This document shows, one piece after another, positions 37,540 through 47,399 of a stretch of 64,000 nucleotides of DNA. Each line of letters opens with the position of its first letter. The first letter of the stretch is position 1. Location: the NCBI GenBank assembly GCA_937903035.1, contig CALCZP010000003.1:1156-65155 (forward strand). Reading direction: 5' to 3'. The DNA is from an uncultured bacterium (GTDB lineage: Bacteria > Patescibacteriota > Minisyncoccia > Phycocordibacterales > UBA9973). The translations under genes and the position numbers were made by a program. A model generated the notes under the pieces. It was given only the letters and a program-made list of their open reading frames with translations. It had not been told where the DNA came from and did not search any database.

Positions 37540-38628
37540 TTACCACCCATTTGAACCAGGGCCTAAGCCACCACCAGTTGAGGTATAGCTAGTGCCTCCT
37601 GCGATAGGATTACCACCTTGAGAAGGACCGCCACTACGAATGATTGGTGTACCACTTTGAAATCCTTGGCCATAATATCCAGTAGATCTCCTGTTGCCAA
37701 AAACCAATTGAGTGCCAACATTCGCAATGAAACCTCCAACAGCGTTTGAAATAATGCCACCTGTTAGTGTCTCACCAAAAGTGTGATCAGTCTTCACGAC
37801 AATTTGCTGAGATCCAGCAGTACTTGCAGTAGTTCCTGAAGTAGCAACTTCTCTAATGTAGATATTACCGGCTGGTTGAACAGCAGAAGAAACAGTTGTT
37901 ACTCCTTTGTTTCCACAACATTGATTGGCATCTTCAACAGCTCTGAATGTTTGAAAATTCATCGCCATTAATGCTTGACCATCATAGAGTGCCAAGCGGT
38001 ACCCATTGATACCATTTTGTTCAATTGCCTTTCCAATACTGTACGGAACTTCTGGTGTCGTAGTGTTTAAGACAAGACTATTGTTGCCATTACTGGCAAG
38101 TGCAGTTGATCCAGTAGAAGTAGGTGCGGAAGTAGGCATAGAAGGAGGCGTGTAGACTGTTGTTGTTCCAGTACCAGTAGATGCAGGAGTAACAGCTCTA
38201 AATGCAGTAAGGTTTGCACATGAGAACGATAGCCAATAAATGCCTGTCGCTGTGTGATAGAAACCTTTCTCGCCATCATATGCATCACGCTTAAACCATT
38301 TAATATCACCACCACCGATGCCGTGCGTTTGCACCTTAACACCTGCAGGGAAATCCTTTACGGTAGAGTTTTGCATTGCAGCCTCAATTGAAGGTTCTTT
38401 CAATGTGTTTTTTACAAAGTTTTCAACCAAAACCAGATAGTCTTTTAACGGAATATTTGATTTAGCTTCAAATTTTGCAGCATTTTTGCCTGCCATAAAA
38501 CTTTCATAATCGTTACCAGTGAAGGCACCATAATGATCTTTTTGCAGAACACCTGTTTTTTGCTGACAGTAACTTTCCATATGTATGGCTAAAGCCATTA
38601 CAACAAGGAACATACATACTTTTTTCAT
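37540..38628 (-). CDS. Secreted hypothetical protein, Ser/Thr/Gly-rich
   Basis: MKK signal peptide, globular N-domain ending SCAN, T/P linker, Gly-rich tail. Confidence 0.7.
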   Translation of the reverse strand: MKKVCMFLVVMALAIHMESYCQQKTGVLQKDHYGAFTGNDYESFMAGKNAAKFEAKSNIPLKDYLVLVENFVKNTLKEPSIEAAMQNSTVKDFPAGVKVQTHGIGGGDIKWFKRDAYDGEKGFYHTATGIYWLSFSCANLTAFRAVTPASTGTGTTTVYTPPSMPTSAPTSTGSTALASNGNNSLVLNTTTPEVPYSIGKAIEQNGINGYRLALYDGQALMAMNFQTFRAVEDANQCCGNKGVTTVSSAVQPAGNIYIREVATSGTTASTAGSQQIVVKTDHTFGETLTGGIISNAVGGFIANVGTQLVFGNRRSTGYYGQGFQSGTPIIRSGGPSQGGNPIAGGTSYTSTGGGLGPGSNGW

Positions 38629-38779
38629 AATTATTGTTTTTAGTTTTTGAAAAATGTTGTTTTAGATTTGTATGTATCTTAGCATATATGACATCTTTTG
38701 TCAATGCCTTGCACATGCCTGTATTTTAGGGTCTGATTTACCCGCACAACCCACCGTTCTAGGGTATACTTGGTATACA

Positions 38780-40489
38780 ATGCTTCATTTTGATGAAAAT
38801 GCTCAAAACAAACGGGTCAATGATCTTCGTGATCGCGATGAGGAGAACTTGGTCGCAATGCTTGCACAAGATCGATACGGTATCCCCTACGCAGATCTCA
38901 GTTCAATGGCCATCGACAATGACGCCATCAGACTTCTCACCGAAAAAGATGCGCGAGAAATGGATGTTGGTCCGTACAAACTTATCGGAAAGCGACTCTC
39001 ACTCGCCGTACGCTCTCCTGTTGCAGATGGTGCAATCAAAGCTCGTGGCATGCTCGAGGGAATGGGCTATGAAGTCCAGTATGTAATGGCAAGTCGCAAG
39101 AGTATCGAAAAAGTTTGGAGTCGATACCAGGATCTCTCCTTTGCAACTACTAGTCGTGCCGGTGGACTTGATGTATCTGAAGACGTTCTCGAAAATCTCA
39201 GTAAAACCGTCAAAAACATCGACGATGCAATCCGTGAAATTGAATATGCTATAGCAGACACCTCTGCACACCACCTCTCGCGCATTCTCGAGATTATCCT
39301 TGGTGCAGGTATCGGTATTGGTGCCTCTGACGTACATATCGAGCCGATGCAAGATGAAGTTGAGCTTCGCTTTCGACTTGATGGCGTCCTTCGCGTTATT
39401 ACCAAGTTTGATCATCATACCTACAAACAAATCAATACCCGTATCAAACTTCTCTCGGGCCTCAAACTTACCATTGCGAGCAATCCCCAGGACGGGCGTT
39501 TTAGTGCATTTATGGGGAAAGACAGGGACCAGATCGAGATTAGCTTCCGAACTTCACTGATGCCTGGCGCCTATGGCGAAAGTATCGTGCTTCGTATCTT
39601 GAATCCAAAGTCTATCCGCGTTGAACTCGAAAGCATGGGTATCTCTTCACAAATGTATGAAATCTTTATGAAAGGTATTCATAAACCCAACGGTATGATC
39701 CTCCTCACCGGACCGACTGGAAGCGGTAAAACCACGAGTTTGTATGCCTTCTTGCAAAAAATCTATTCTCCTGAGCTCAAGATCATCACGATCGAAGACC
39801 CGATTGAATACCACCTCGCTGGTATCTCTCAGACACAAGTCGATCATAAAAAAGGTTACACGTTCCTTGAAGGACTTCGCAGTGCACTTCGTCAGGACCC
39901 TGATGTGGTAATGGTGGGAGAAATCCGCGACCCCGAGACTGCAAAGATTGCAGTCGAGTCTGCACTTACCGGTCACTTGGTGTTCTCAACACTCCACACT
40001 AACAATGCAGCCGGTGTGATTCCTCGCTTGATCGATCTTGATGTAAATCCGAACATTATGGTGTCTGCACTCACCCTCTCGATTGCACAACGTCTCGTGC
40101 GAAAACTTTGTAAAGAATGCAAGCACGAACGACCAGTGACTCCTGAAGAAAAAACATTGATCGAAAAACTCTGGGATGAAGCCATCACGAAAGGTAAAAA
40201 TATGGAGCAGTTTGGGGTGAAGCGCGATACACCAACTGTCTGGGAGGCAAAAGGTTGTGCTGCATGTGGCAACACCGGCTACAAAGGACGACTTGGTATT
40301 TTTGAAGTGATTCAAACCGATGAAGCGATCGAGAAAATCATTCCGACCAGTCCAAGCGAGCGCGACATCAAGACGATCGCTGACAAACAAGGCACACTCG
40401 ATATGCGCCAGGACGGGCTTGTGAAAATTCTCCAAGGCATCACTGACTTTGCCGAAGTTGAATCAGTCGTTGACTGGGCACAAAATTAA
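38780..40489 (+). CDS. pilB: Type IV pilus / type II secretion assembly ATPase (PilB/GspE family)
   Basis: ASDVHIEP, RLDGVL, PQDGR, GPTGSGKTT, TIEDPIEY, LRQDPD..MVGEIRD, TGHLVFSTLHTN, tetracysteine motif. Confidence 0.92.
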   Translation: MLHFDENAQNKRVNDLRDRDEENLVAMLAQDRYGIPYADLSSMAIDNDAIRLLTEKDAREMDVGPYKLIGKRLSLAVRSPVADGAIKARGMLEGMGYEVQYVMASRKSIEKVWSRYQDLSFATTSRAGGLDVSEDVLENLSKTVKNIDDAIREIEYAIADTSAHHLSRILEIILGAGIGIGASDVHIEPMQDEVELRFRLDGVLRVITKFDHHTYKQINTRIKLLSGLKLTIASNPQDGRFSAFMGKDRDQIEISFRTSLMPGAYGESIVLRILNPKSIRVELESMGISSQMYEIFMKGIHKPNGMILLTGPTGSGKTTSLYAFLQKIYSPELKIITIEDPIEYHLAGISQTQVDHKKGYTFLEGLRSALRQDPDVVMVGEIRDPETAKIAVESALTGHLVFSTLHTNNAAGVIPRLIDLDVNPNIMVSALTLSIAQRLVRKLCKECKHERPVTPEEKTLIEKLWDEAITKGKNMEQFGVKRDTPTVWEAKGCAACGNTGYKGRLGIFEVIQTDEAIEKIIPTSPSERDIKTIADKQGTLDMRQDGLVKILQGITDFAEVESVVDWAQN

Positions 40490-40493
40490 CAAC

Positions 40494-40521
40494 AAAACCC
40501 TCTCAGGATTGAGAGGGTTTT
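40494..40521. terminator. Bidirectional terminator
   Basis: aaaaccctctca-ggat-tgagagggtttt. Confidence 0.8.
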
Positions 40522-40544
40522 GTGAAGAATCAAAAAAGCATTAA

Positions 40545-40718
40545 TCTCTAAACAGTCCGTATACGGACAAGGCCGTATACGTAAAGAATAGTTGTAGGAT
40601 AGCACCAGTCGAAACCAGAACGTCCTTCGCGTAAGCTTAGAACCGGTGGCTGACTGCTTAGAGATTGATGCCTTCTTAACGAAGAGTGATAGAATGTCGG
40701 TGTAGCGATTTCTAGAGA
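40545..40718 (-). ncRNA. Candidate structured non-coding RNA (unidentified)
   Basis: Extended -10 TGCTATATT upstream on the minus strand; terminal stem TCTCTAGA/TTTAGAGA; internal stems CAGTC/GACTG and CGTATACGG/CCGTATACG; terminator downstream. Confidence 0.4.
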
Positions 40719-40740
40719 CAATATAGCATATCCTAAAATA

Positions 40741-41718
40741 ATGTCAAGTACTCCCACCCCACCACCAAAAGACGAGCAATTTAGCGACACTATCCTACGT
40801 CCTTCATCATTTGATGAGTATGTTGGCCAAGACCACATCAAAAAAAATCTCTGGGTACTCATTGGTGCTGCACAAGCACGGGGACAGACACCAGAACATG
40901 TTCTTTTTTATGGTCCACCAGGACTCGGCAAGACCACACTCGCTCATGTCATCGCCAAAGAAGTCGGTGCAAACCTTCGCATCACGTCCGGTCCCTCAAT
41001 TGAGCGAGTTGGCGACCTTGCAGCAATCCTCACCAACCTGCAGCCGGGTGATATGTTGTTTATCGACGAGATTCATCGTCTCAACAAATCCATCGAGGAG
41101 ATTCTCTACCCTGTTATGGAGACGGGTAAACTCGACATTATGATCGGCAAAGGTCCTTCAGCACGCACTGTCCAACTTGATCTTCCCCCATTCACCCTTG
41201 TGGGTGCAACTACTCGCTATGGCATGCTCTCAGCTCCCCTTCGTTCACGTTTCTCTGGTGGTGCATTTCGTTTAGAGTTTTATCAACCCGAAGAAATTGC
41301 CACCATCCTTGATCGTTCTGCAAAGATTCTTAATATTGAACTTCCTGCCGAGATGCTCGCATCTATTGCTGGGCGCAGTCGACAGACGCCACGCATCGCC
41401 AACTACCTCCTTCGTCGAGTACGGGACTATGCACAGATGCACAAGCTCGATATCGACCATGCGACAGTTTCCAAAGCATTTTCCATGCTCGGCCTCGATG
41501 ACAACGGCCTCTCATCGAACGATATCGCTATCATGAAAGCACTCCGTGATAAATTTAGCGGTGGTCCTGCTGGTATTAAAAACCTTGCAGCGGCGACTGG
41601 TGAAGATGAAGGAACGATTGAAGATGTAGTTGAGCCATACCTCATTCAACTCGGACTGATTGAGCGCACCCCTCGTGGTCGAGTACTCACTGACAAAGGT
41701 CGTGACTATCTCTCGTAA
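40741..41718 (+). CDS. ruvB: Holliday junction DNA helicase RuvB
   Basis: LRP.SFDEYVGQ, GPPGLGKTTLA, FIDEIHRL, GATTR, EPYL...RTPRGR. Confidence 0.98.
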   Translation: MSSTPTPPPKDEQFSDTILRPSSFDEYVGQDHIKKNLWVLIGAAQARGQTPEHVLFYGPPGLGKTTLAHVIAKEVGANLRITSGPSIERVGDLAAILTNLQPGDMLFIDEIHRLNKSIEEILYPVMETGKLDIMIGKGPSARTVQLDLPPFTLVGATTRYGMLSAPLRSRFSGGAFRLEFYQPEEIATILDRSAKILNIELPAEMLASIAGRSRQTPRIANYLLRRVRDYAQMHKLDIDHATVSKAFSMLGLDDNGLSSNDIAIMKALRDKFSGGPAGIKNLAAATGEDEGTIEDVVEPYLIQLGLIERTPRGRVLTDKGRDYLS

Positions 41719-41719
41719 T

Positions 41720-42205
41720 ATGTCGACACTCCTTGCGATTGATCCTGGGTATGACCGGTGCGGCGTGGCACTCATCGATACAACAACGATACCTAGTCTA
41801 ATAAAGTCATGGTGCATCATCACCAATAAAAAAGACCCTCACAGTGTGCGCATTGCACAGATTTTTACAGAGCTTCAATTATCAATAGCTGAGTACCAAC
41901 CTGAAGCAATCGCATTAGAAACATTATTCTTTTCAGTAAACAAGAAAAGTGTCATGGCAGTTGCTGAAGCACGTGGGGTGATTAGCCTGATTGCAGGACT
42001 TCATACCATCCCCCTCATTGAGCTCTCACCGCAAGAAGTAAAGCTTGGTATGACAGGTACCGGCAATGCCGACAAAAAAATGGTTGAAAAAATGGTCGAG
42101 CTTACACTCAAGATTGATACAAAGAGCAAACTTGATGATGAAATCGACGCAATTGCGCTCGGTATGGCAGCAGCTGGGACACTCCGTCTTAAAAAAATGT
42201 CCTAA
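41720..42205 (+). CDS. ruvC: Crossover junction endodeoxyribonuclease RuvC
   Basis: LAIDPGYDRCG, E.LFF..N, EARGV, VK...TG.GNADK, DDEIDAIA. Confidence 0.95.
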   Translation: MSTLLAIDPGYDRCGVALIDTTTIPSLIKSWCIITNKKDPHSVRIAQIFTELQLSIAEYQPEAIALETLFFSVNKKSVMAVAEARGVISLIAGLHTIPLIELSPQEVKLGMTGTGNADKKMVEKMVELTLKIDTKSKLDDEIDAIALGMAAAGTLRLKKMS

Positions 42206-42281
42206 TACTCTTGCAAAGGAAAAGAGTATTTGATACAACTTATTGCATTAGAAAATTAGTAATAATAGTAACACCACCCCC

Positions 42282-42518
42282 ATGGATGATGAGACACCGG
42301 AAATCGTAGCAGAAGAAGAATTAGTAGAAGCAGGACTACACGCCGTCGAAGAGGGTGAAGAAGAAGTCTCCGAAATCGACCCTATCATTGATACCGATGA
42401 CCTTCTCGGTGAGAAAAAAAAGATTAGTGATGATACTGAGGAAGAAGAAGATCCTGAGTTAAGTGATGAAAAAGAAGTCGAAGATTATATGTTCGACGCA
42501 CTCTACGGAGATCGATAA
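42282..42518 (+). CDS. Small highly acidic hypothetical protein
   Basis: D/E-rich 78-aa ORF followed by a terminator. Confidence 0.6.
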   Translation: MDDETPEIVAEEELVEAGLHAVEEGEEEVSEIDPIIDTDDLLGEKKKISDDTEEEEDPELSDEKEVEDYMFDALYGDR

Positions 42519-42614
42519 TGAAAAAACCCGCCACCGTGCGGGTTTTTTTCTTGAGATTTTTTTGAAAGTACTTTTCTATACTAGAAGAAAATTGTTCACC
42601 ATAAACCACCTCAT

Positions 42615-43157
42615 ATGAAAAAGTATCTATTCTTTGTATGTAGTATTGCTTTCTTCTCATGCAGAAAAACACTTGTAGTAAAAGAATCATTTGATGAAAA
42701 CGGTACTGGTTGGCCGTATTACATCGTACGACATCCGATTGAGACACTCACTAACTCACTTGTCGGTGAATTCACGTTTGATGCAAAAATGTACGCAGCA
42801 ATTGGTCAGTCTATCGATGGAAATCATGGGGTTGATACCGTATATTTTGTAACTGCTCCTGTCCCACTTTCTCCTGCTCAAGCAGATGAACACTTTGATA
42901 AACGAGGATTCAAACTTGCTGGTGTCGGATATCTCCTTGGGGCAGCTCGCGAATATGCTGACTTGTTTAAACGACAGTATCGATTTCTCGCAGCAGGTAG
43001 TACGGGAAACCTCTCTACTTTTTATGGTGGTACTTCAACAGTAATCAAAAATGTTATGCTCTACACTGCAATCAATGGCCCTCCAACATTGTGGTGTCTG
43101 ACGAGTAATGCTGCACCTAATACGCAAACTGAGTACGCATGTTTTAGAAAACGATAA
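42615..43157 (+). CDS. Putative lipoprotein
   Basis: MKKYLFFVCSIAFFS-C-RK lipobox-like signal. Confidence 0.6.
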   Translation: MKKYLFFVCSIAFFSCRKTLVVKESFDENGTGWPYYIVRHPIETLTNSLVGEFTFDAKMYAAIGQSIDGNHGVDTVYFVTAPVPLSPAQADEHFDKRGFKLAGVGYLLGAAREYADLFKRQYRFLAAGSTGNLSTFYGGTSTVIKNVMLYTAINGPPTLWCLTSNAAPNTQTEYACFRKR

Positions 43158-43180
43158 CCGCCCTCGGGCGGTTTTTTGTT

Positions 43181-43564
43181 TTACTTTTTTTCTTCAAAAT
43201 CTAGACTCGCAGAATTAATACAGTATCGCTTCCCTGTTGTTTCTCTCGGACCATCATTAAATACATGCCCAAGATGTGCACCACAATTGGCACAGACTGC
43301 CTCGATACGACTCATACCATGCGTCGTATCCTCAATATACTTGATTGCATCGGCTTTGACTGGCTGGTCATAGGATGGCCATCCGGTACCTGAGTCGAAC
43401 TTGGTCTTTGCATCAAAAAGCGCTGCGCCACAGACCTTACACCGATACATACCATCAGCATGGTTATCCCAATACTTGTTGCGAAATGGTGCTTCAGTAC
43501 CCTTCTCTTGGGTTACGTAGCGTTCTTCATCACTGAGTGTTTTTAGCTTTTCTTCCTTGTTCAT
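43181..43564 (-). CDS. msrB: Peptide-methionine (R)-S-oxide reductase
   Basis: [26 protein letters not shown]...RYCINS. Confidence 0.97.
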   Translation of the reverse strand: MNKEEKLKTLSDEERYVTQEKGTEAPFRNKYWDNHADGMYRCKVCGAALFDAKTKFDSGTGWPSYDQPVKADAIKYIEDTTHGMSRIEAVCANCGAHLGHVFNDGPRETTGKRYCINSASLDFEEKK

Positions 43565-43688
43565 AGTATGGAGTATACGCTTGAAATAATTAAAAGTATT
43601 CCTCTAAAACCACAAAAATATTCTGCTGAATATTTTCTCCGTCCGTCGCCAGTCGCTCCTACCGAGGGTTTTTTCGCAATACCTTTAA

Positions 43689-44126
43689 TTATTTCGTCGC
43701 AAGTTTCTCTCGCTTCTCAGTACATTTTTCACAGCCACATCCTTTTGGCTTGATATGTTCGTTCCAATATTCCTTGCCATAGTCATAGAAAAGCTCTTCT
43801 CCTTCTTTGATATTGCGCTTCGCGTAGATAAAGACGCGCCCTTTGATGATGTCGACTTCACAGTTTGGACGACATGAGTGGTTTACATAGCGGGCAGTAT
43901 TTTTGCGGGTCGTACCATCGATATGACGAGTTTTGGTGGTCTGAAAGAGGTATCGCCCACCACGTCGATTTGCTTCATCCTCATCAATCACATCCCCGAT
44001 GTACTCAATAATACAGTCACCCTTTTTCATTGGTACCTTTGCAAAAAGTCCAAGACCGTTTACCCCTCGTTTAACAGCAAGCTCTTTTGGATATGTATAA
44101 ATAGGTGTTGATTTTGATACTGCCAT
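43689..44126 (-). CDS. SET domain lysine methyltransferase
   Basis: GLGLFA, IIEYIG, ARYVNHSCRPN, EELFYDYG, post-SET CGC..C. Confidence 0.93.
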   Translation of the reverse strand: MAVSKSTPIYTYPKELAVKRGVNGLGLFAKVPMKKGDCIIEYIGDVIDEDEANRRGGRYLFQTTKTRHIDGTTRKNTARYVNHSCRPNCEVDIIKGRVFIYAKRNIKEGEELFYDYGKEYWNEHIKPKGCGCEKCTEKREKLATK

Positions 44127-44141
44127 AGTCGAGAGAGTATA

Positions 44142-44999
44142 TCATGCTTGCCATTTAGCATAGATACCTGTTGAAAGAATACGACCGCTGTTATTTTGCG
44201 CAATCCCAACATCACCATAAGAAATTGATCCATGGGGTAATGCCTCAGCGAGTATTTCACCAAATGTCCGTGCTGAGTACCCCGCAGCGTAGCCATTCAG
44301 TATCACAAGCTTTGCGTGTGGTGCTACAAGCTTTGGAAGTAAACTAACAAGCTCTGCGAGTGATTCTTCAATCTTCCATACTTCTCCTTTTGGACCACGA
44401 CCAAACGCTGGTGGATCCATCACAATGATATCGAATGTCTCCCCTCGTGTCACCAAACGCTTTGCGTATTTAAGCGCATCTTCACAAACCAGACGAATAC
44501 TATCTGCGGGGAGTTGTGAAAGCATCATATTCTCTTTCACTGTACTAATCGTTTGTTTTGAGGCATCAATATGCGTCACCTTTGCACCCGCTTGTGCAGC
44601 AACAATACTTGCAGCACCTGTATAACCAAACAAATTGAGCATTGTTAAACCCTGATTTTTATGCACAAGACTTGCTACTTCTTCCCATTGCGCTGCATGT
44701 TCAGGGAAAATACCGATATGCTTGAAATTGCCAAGTGCGATATGGAGCTTCATTTCAGTATATGAGAGTTCCCATGATTCAGGAGCTCCCTTGGTTATAC
44801 TCCACTTCTCTTTCTTATCGGTCCATGAAAATTGTGCCTGTGCATTATTCCAAAGATCAGGAGTTGATTTTGACCAAATTGCTTGTGGGTCAGGGCGATC
44901 AAGTATCATTGTTCCAAACCGTTCAAGTTTGCGATTATTTCCTGTATCGAGGAGTTCATAATCACCCCATGCTTTTGTAACAATATCGATTCGTTTCAT
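44142..44999 (-). CDS. Class I SAM-dependent methyltransferase (RlmI/YwbD-like)
   Basis: DYELLDTG..RKLERFG, GIFPE, LNLFGYTG, MDPPAFGRG. Confidence 0.88.
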   Translation of the reverse strand: MKRIDIVTKAWGDYELLDTGNNRKLERFGTMILDRPDPQAIWSKSTPDLWNNAQAQFSWTDKKEKWSITKGAPESWELSYTEMKLHIALGNFKHIGIFPEHAAQWEEVASLVHKNQGLTMLNLFGYTGAASIVAAQAGAKVTHIDASKQTISTVKENMMLSQLPADSIRLVCEDALKYAKRLVTRGETFDIIVMDPPAFGRGPKGEVWKIEESLAELVSLLPKLVAPHAKLVILNGYAAGYSARTFGEILAEALPHGSISYGDVGIAQNNSGRILSTGIYAKWQA

Positions 45000-45008
45000 A
45001 TACTGAGA

Positions 45009-45923
45009 CTACTTCTTTTTTGAAAAAATCGTGTGAAATGCACCTGAAAGTGTCGGATGAGTAAATGTGAACCCTTTATCAATCAATCGACGAGGTTGTA
45101 CTTGCTGACTTTTAGTAAGTTCATCGAATAACTCTCCAAATAACCGCTTTGCAATAAATGGTGGCACAACACCAAGAACCTTTCGATGTACTGATTTGCC
45201 AAGCATTTGCATAAACATATGATGATGAATACGATCAGGCGCACAAGCGTTCACAACACCTTGCAGTGTCGTTGTTTCAAGTGCAAAAAGATATACTGCA
45301 ACAATATCATCTTCATGAATCCATGACATCCAAAAATCTTTTTTTGATAGCCGGAGGAGAAAGCCAAACTTTACTGTTTTCATCAATGAAGCAAGCATCC
45401 CACCTTGACCAATCACTGGTGCAGTACGGATAAGGACAGTGCGAACACCCGCAGATTCTGCCTTGATCGCTTCTTGTTCCCACAATGCAACAACATCTGA
45501 AAGAAAACCAGTACCCTTACTTCCCTGTTCATCAACAACTAATTCTCCTGTATCGCCATAGTATCCAATCGCTGATGCATTGATAAATGTAGTTGGGCGA
45601 CTTTGTGCAGCAACCAATGCCTCAACAAGTGTTTGAGTTGATCGAATACGACTCTCTTTGATGATGTTTTTATAGCTTGATGTCCATTTTTGCGAAATCG
45701 GTGCACCTATTAGATTGATAACAGCATCAGTCTTCTCAAGTACATTATATGGAAGGGCTTGCATTGAAAGATCACATTGAATAAAAAACAAGTTCTTGTC
45801 AGTAAAGCGGGGTGAACGAATATCAATAACAATAACCGTATACCCTTTGGCAATAAGCACCTTGGTGAGACTGGTTCCAATAAATCCTGATCCGCCAGCT
45901 AGTACAATAGTCATAAATGTCAT
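45009..45923 (-). CDS. TIGR01777/YfcH family NAD-dependent epimerase-like protein
   Basis: GGSGFIG, ESRI.ST, SAIGYYG, GFL..V...WE, SWIH.DD, SQQVQP. Confidence 0.9.
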   Translation of the reverse strand: MTFMTIVLAGGSGFIGTSLTKVLIAKGYTVIVIDIRSPRFTDKNLFFIQCDLSMQALPYNVLEKTDAVINLIGAPISQKWTSSYKNIIKESRIRSTQTLVEALVAAQSRPTTFINASAIGYYGDTGELVVDEQGSKGTGFLSDVVALWEQEAIKAESAGVRTVLIRTAPVIGQGGMLASLMKTVKFGFLLRLSKKDFWMSWIHEDDIVAVYLFALETTTLQGVVNACAPDRIHHHMFMQMLGKSVHRKVLGVVPPFIAKRLFGELFDELTKSQQVQPRRLIDKGFTFTHPTLSGAFHTIFSKKK

Positions 45924-46018
45924 TCTACCACGGAGGTTTCCTTATATACTGCCATGCAACAAAAAACCATTCTCGTCATCTTTTACAAATTACCTAGATA
46001 GAGGTAGGATGCCGTCAT

Positions 46019-46165
46019 ATGGAAACGGTCGAAAAAATCCTTCTAAGTATTGGTAACTTTATCTTTTTTATCTTTTTAACCCTTCTTTTCTTACCTTCTT
46101 TTTTGATCGTAACCTATCTTGAAGGGGTATGGAAAAAGAAGCTTGGAGAGGTATTTGGACTCTAA
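46019..46165 (+). CDS. Small membrane protein (48 aa)
   Basis: Below the ORF-track cutoff: METVEKILLSIGNFIFFIFLTLLFLPSFLIVTYLEGVWKKKLGEVFGL; TAGGAT -10-like hexamer upstream; stop overlaps the tyrS stop. Confidence 0.55.
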   Translation: METVEKILLSIGNFIFFIFLTLLFLPSFLIVTYLEGVWKKKLGEVFGL

Positions 46166-47352
46166 GAAATCTTAATGAAGCGACTTTTACCTATCTTATA
46201 GGTTGAAAAATGAGGAATTTGTCGTGACTGTAGATCTGTCATTTTCTCTTTGGTCTCAAAATTCATAACCGCACCAGCTGCAATAAGTCTTCGCAATTCA
46301 CTTTTTGACCCAACGAACCCTTCTTCAAGGAGAATAGTTTCAAATGTTCGCCCATTTGCAGTAATAGTCTGTATATCCTGATCAACTTCTTTTTGTTGGA
46401 ATGTTGCAATAAATGATGCTTCAGCCCGAGATGCTAATACCTCACCATGAATCGATCGAGTAACTTCGTACGCGAGTCGCATTTTAATATCACGAGGATT
46501 GATACCTTTTTTTAATTCATCACTAATTGTTTCAATTTGTGACATTGTGTAGTCAGTACAAAGTTCAAATCCAGGAATGATCAATCCATCAGTCCAACTC
46601 ATGATCTTGCCATAGATATCCTGTGGTGTATCAATCATACTGATCATATTTCCTGTAGTCTTACCCATTTTTGCACCTGTTGAGTCTTCAAGGAGTTTTG
46701 TTGTAATAACGAATTTATCCTTATTTTTCAATTGTTTTAGAAGTGTTCGTCCGGTTAACATATTGAAAAGTTGGTCGTTACCACCGACTTCACCATCAAC
46801 ATCCATCATGACTGAGTCATACCCTTGCATGAGTGGGTACATAAATTCATGAATATAAATTGGCTTATCTTCAGCGATACGGCGTGCAAACATATCGCGC
46901 TTGAGCATCTGATCCACTGTCATATGTGATGCAAGATTAAGCACCTCAGCAAACTTCATTTTGCCAAGCCATTTATTATTGAATTTAACCACCGCAGCAT
47001 TCGTTCCTGAAAAGCGAATAAACTTACTTGCTTGTTTTTTGTAGAGTTTTAAATTTGTTTTAATCTCTTTCTCAGTAAGAGGCTTACGAGCAGAAAGTTT
47101 ATCTGGATCACCAATACGTGCAGTGAAATCTCCAATCAAGAAAATAATCTTGTGTCCAAGGTCTTGAAAATGTCTGAGCTTGCGAAGTTGGATTGCATGA
47201 CCAATATGGAGGGTTGGAGCAGTTGGGTCAAAACCTGCATAAATACTCAACTTCTTTCCTGAGAGCAACAATGACTCCAAAAAACCCTTACTTGGCAAAA
47301 TATCTGCGACTCCTTTTGAAAGGAGTAGTTCGATGCGCTCATGTTTTTCCAT
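46162..47352 (-). CDS. tyrS: Tyrosine--tRNA ligase
   Basis: YAGFDPTAPTLHIGH, IGDFTARIGDP, YPLMQGYD, GGNDQ.FN, KMGKT, S4-like C-terminus. Confidence 0.97.
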   Translation of the reverse strand: MEKHERIELLLSKGVADILPSKGFLESLLLSGKKLSIYAGFDPTAPTLHIGHAIQLRKLRHFQDLGHKIIFLIGDFTARIGDPDKLSARKPLTEKEIKTNLKLYKKQASKFIRFSGTNAAVVKFNNKWLGKMKFAEVLNLASHMTVDQMLKRDMFARRIAEDKPIYIHEFMYPLMQGYDSVMMDVDGEVGGNDQLFNMLTGRTLLKQLKNKDKFVITTKLLEDSTGAKMGKTTGNMISMIDTPQDIYGKIMSWTDGLIIPGFELCTDYTMSQIETISDELKKGINPRDIKMRLAYEVTRSIHGEVLASRAEASFIATFQQKEVDQDIQTITANGRTFETILLEEGFVGSKSELRRLIAAGAVMNFETKEKMTDLQSRQIPHFSTYKIGKSRFIKIS

Positions 47353-47399
47353 ATTGGCTGATTGTAGCATTTTTTCCATTATTTTCTTATGATGTACCT

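Noticed and set aside
47193-47399. N-terminal extension of PBP1A
   Set aside because: Overlaps divergent tyrS; the ATG at 47400 precedes the TM anchor.
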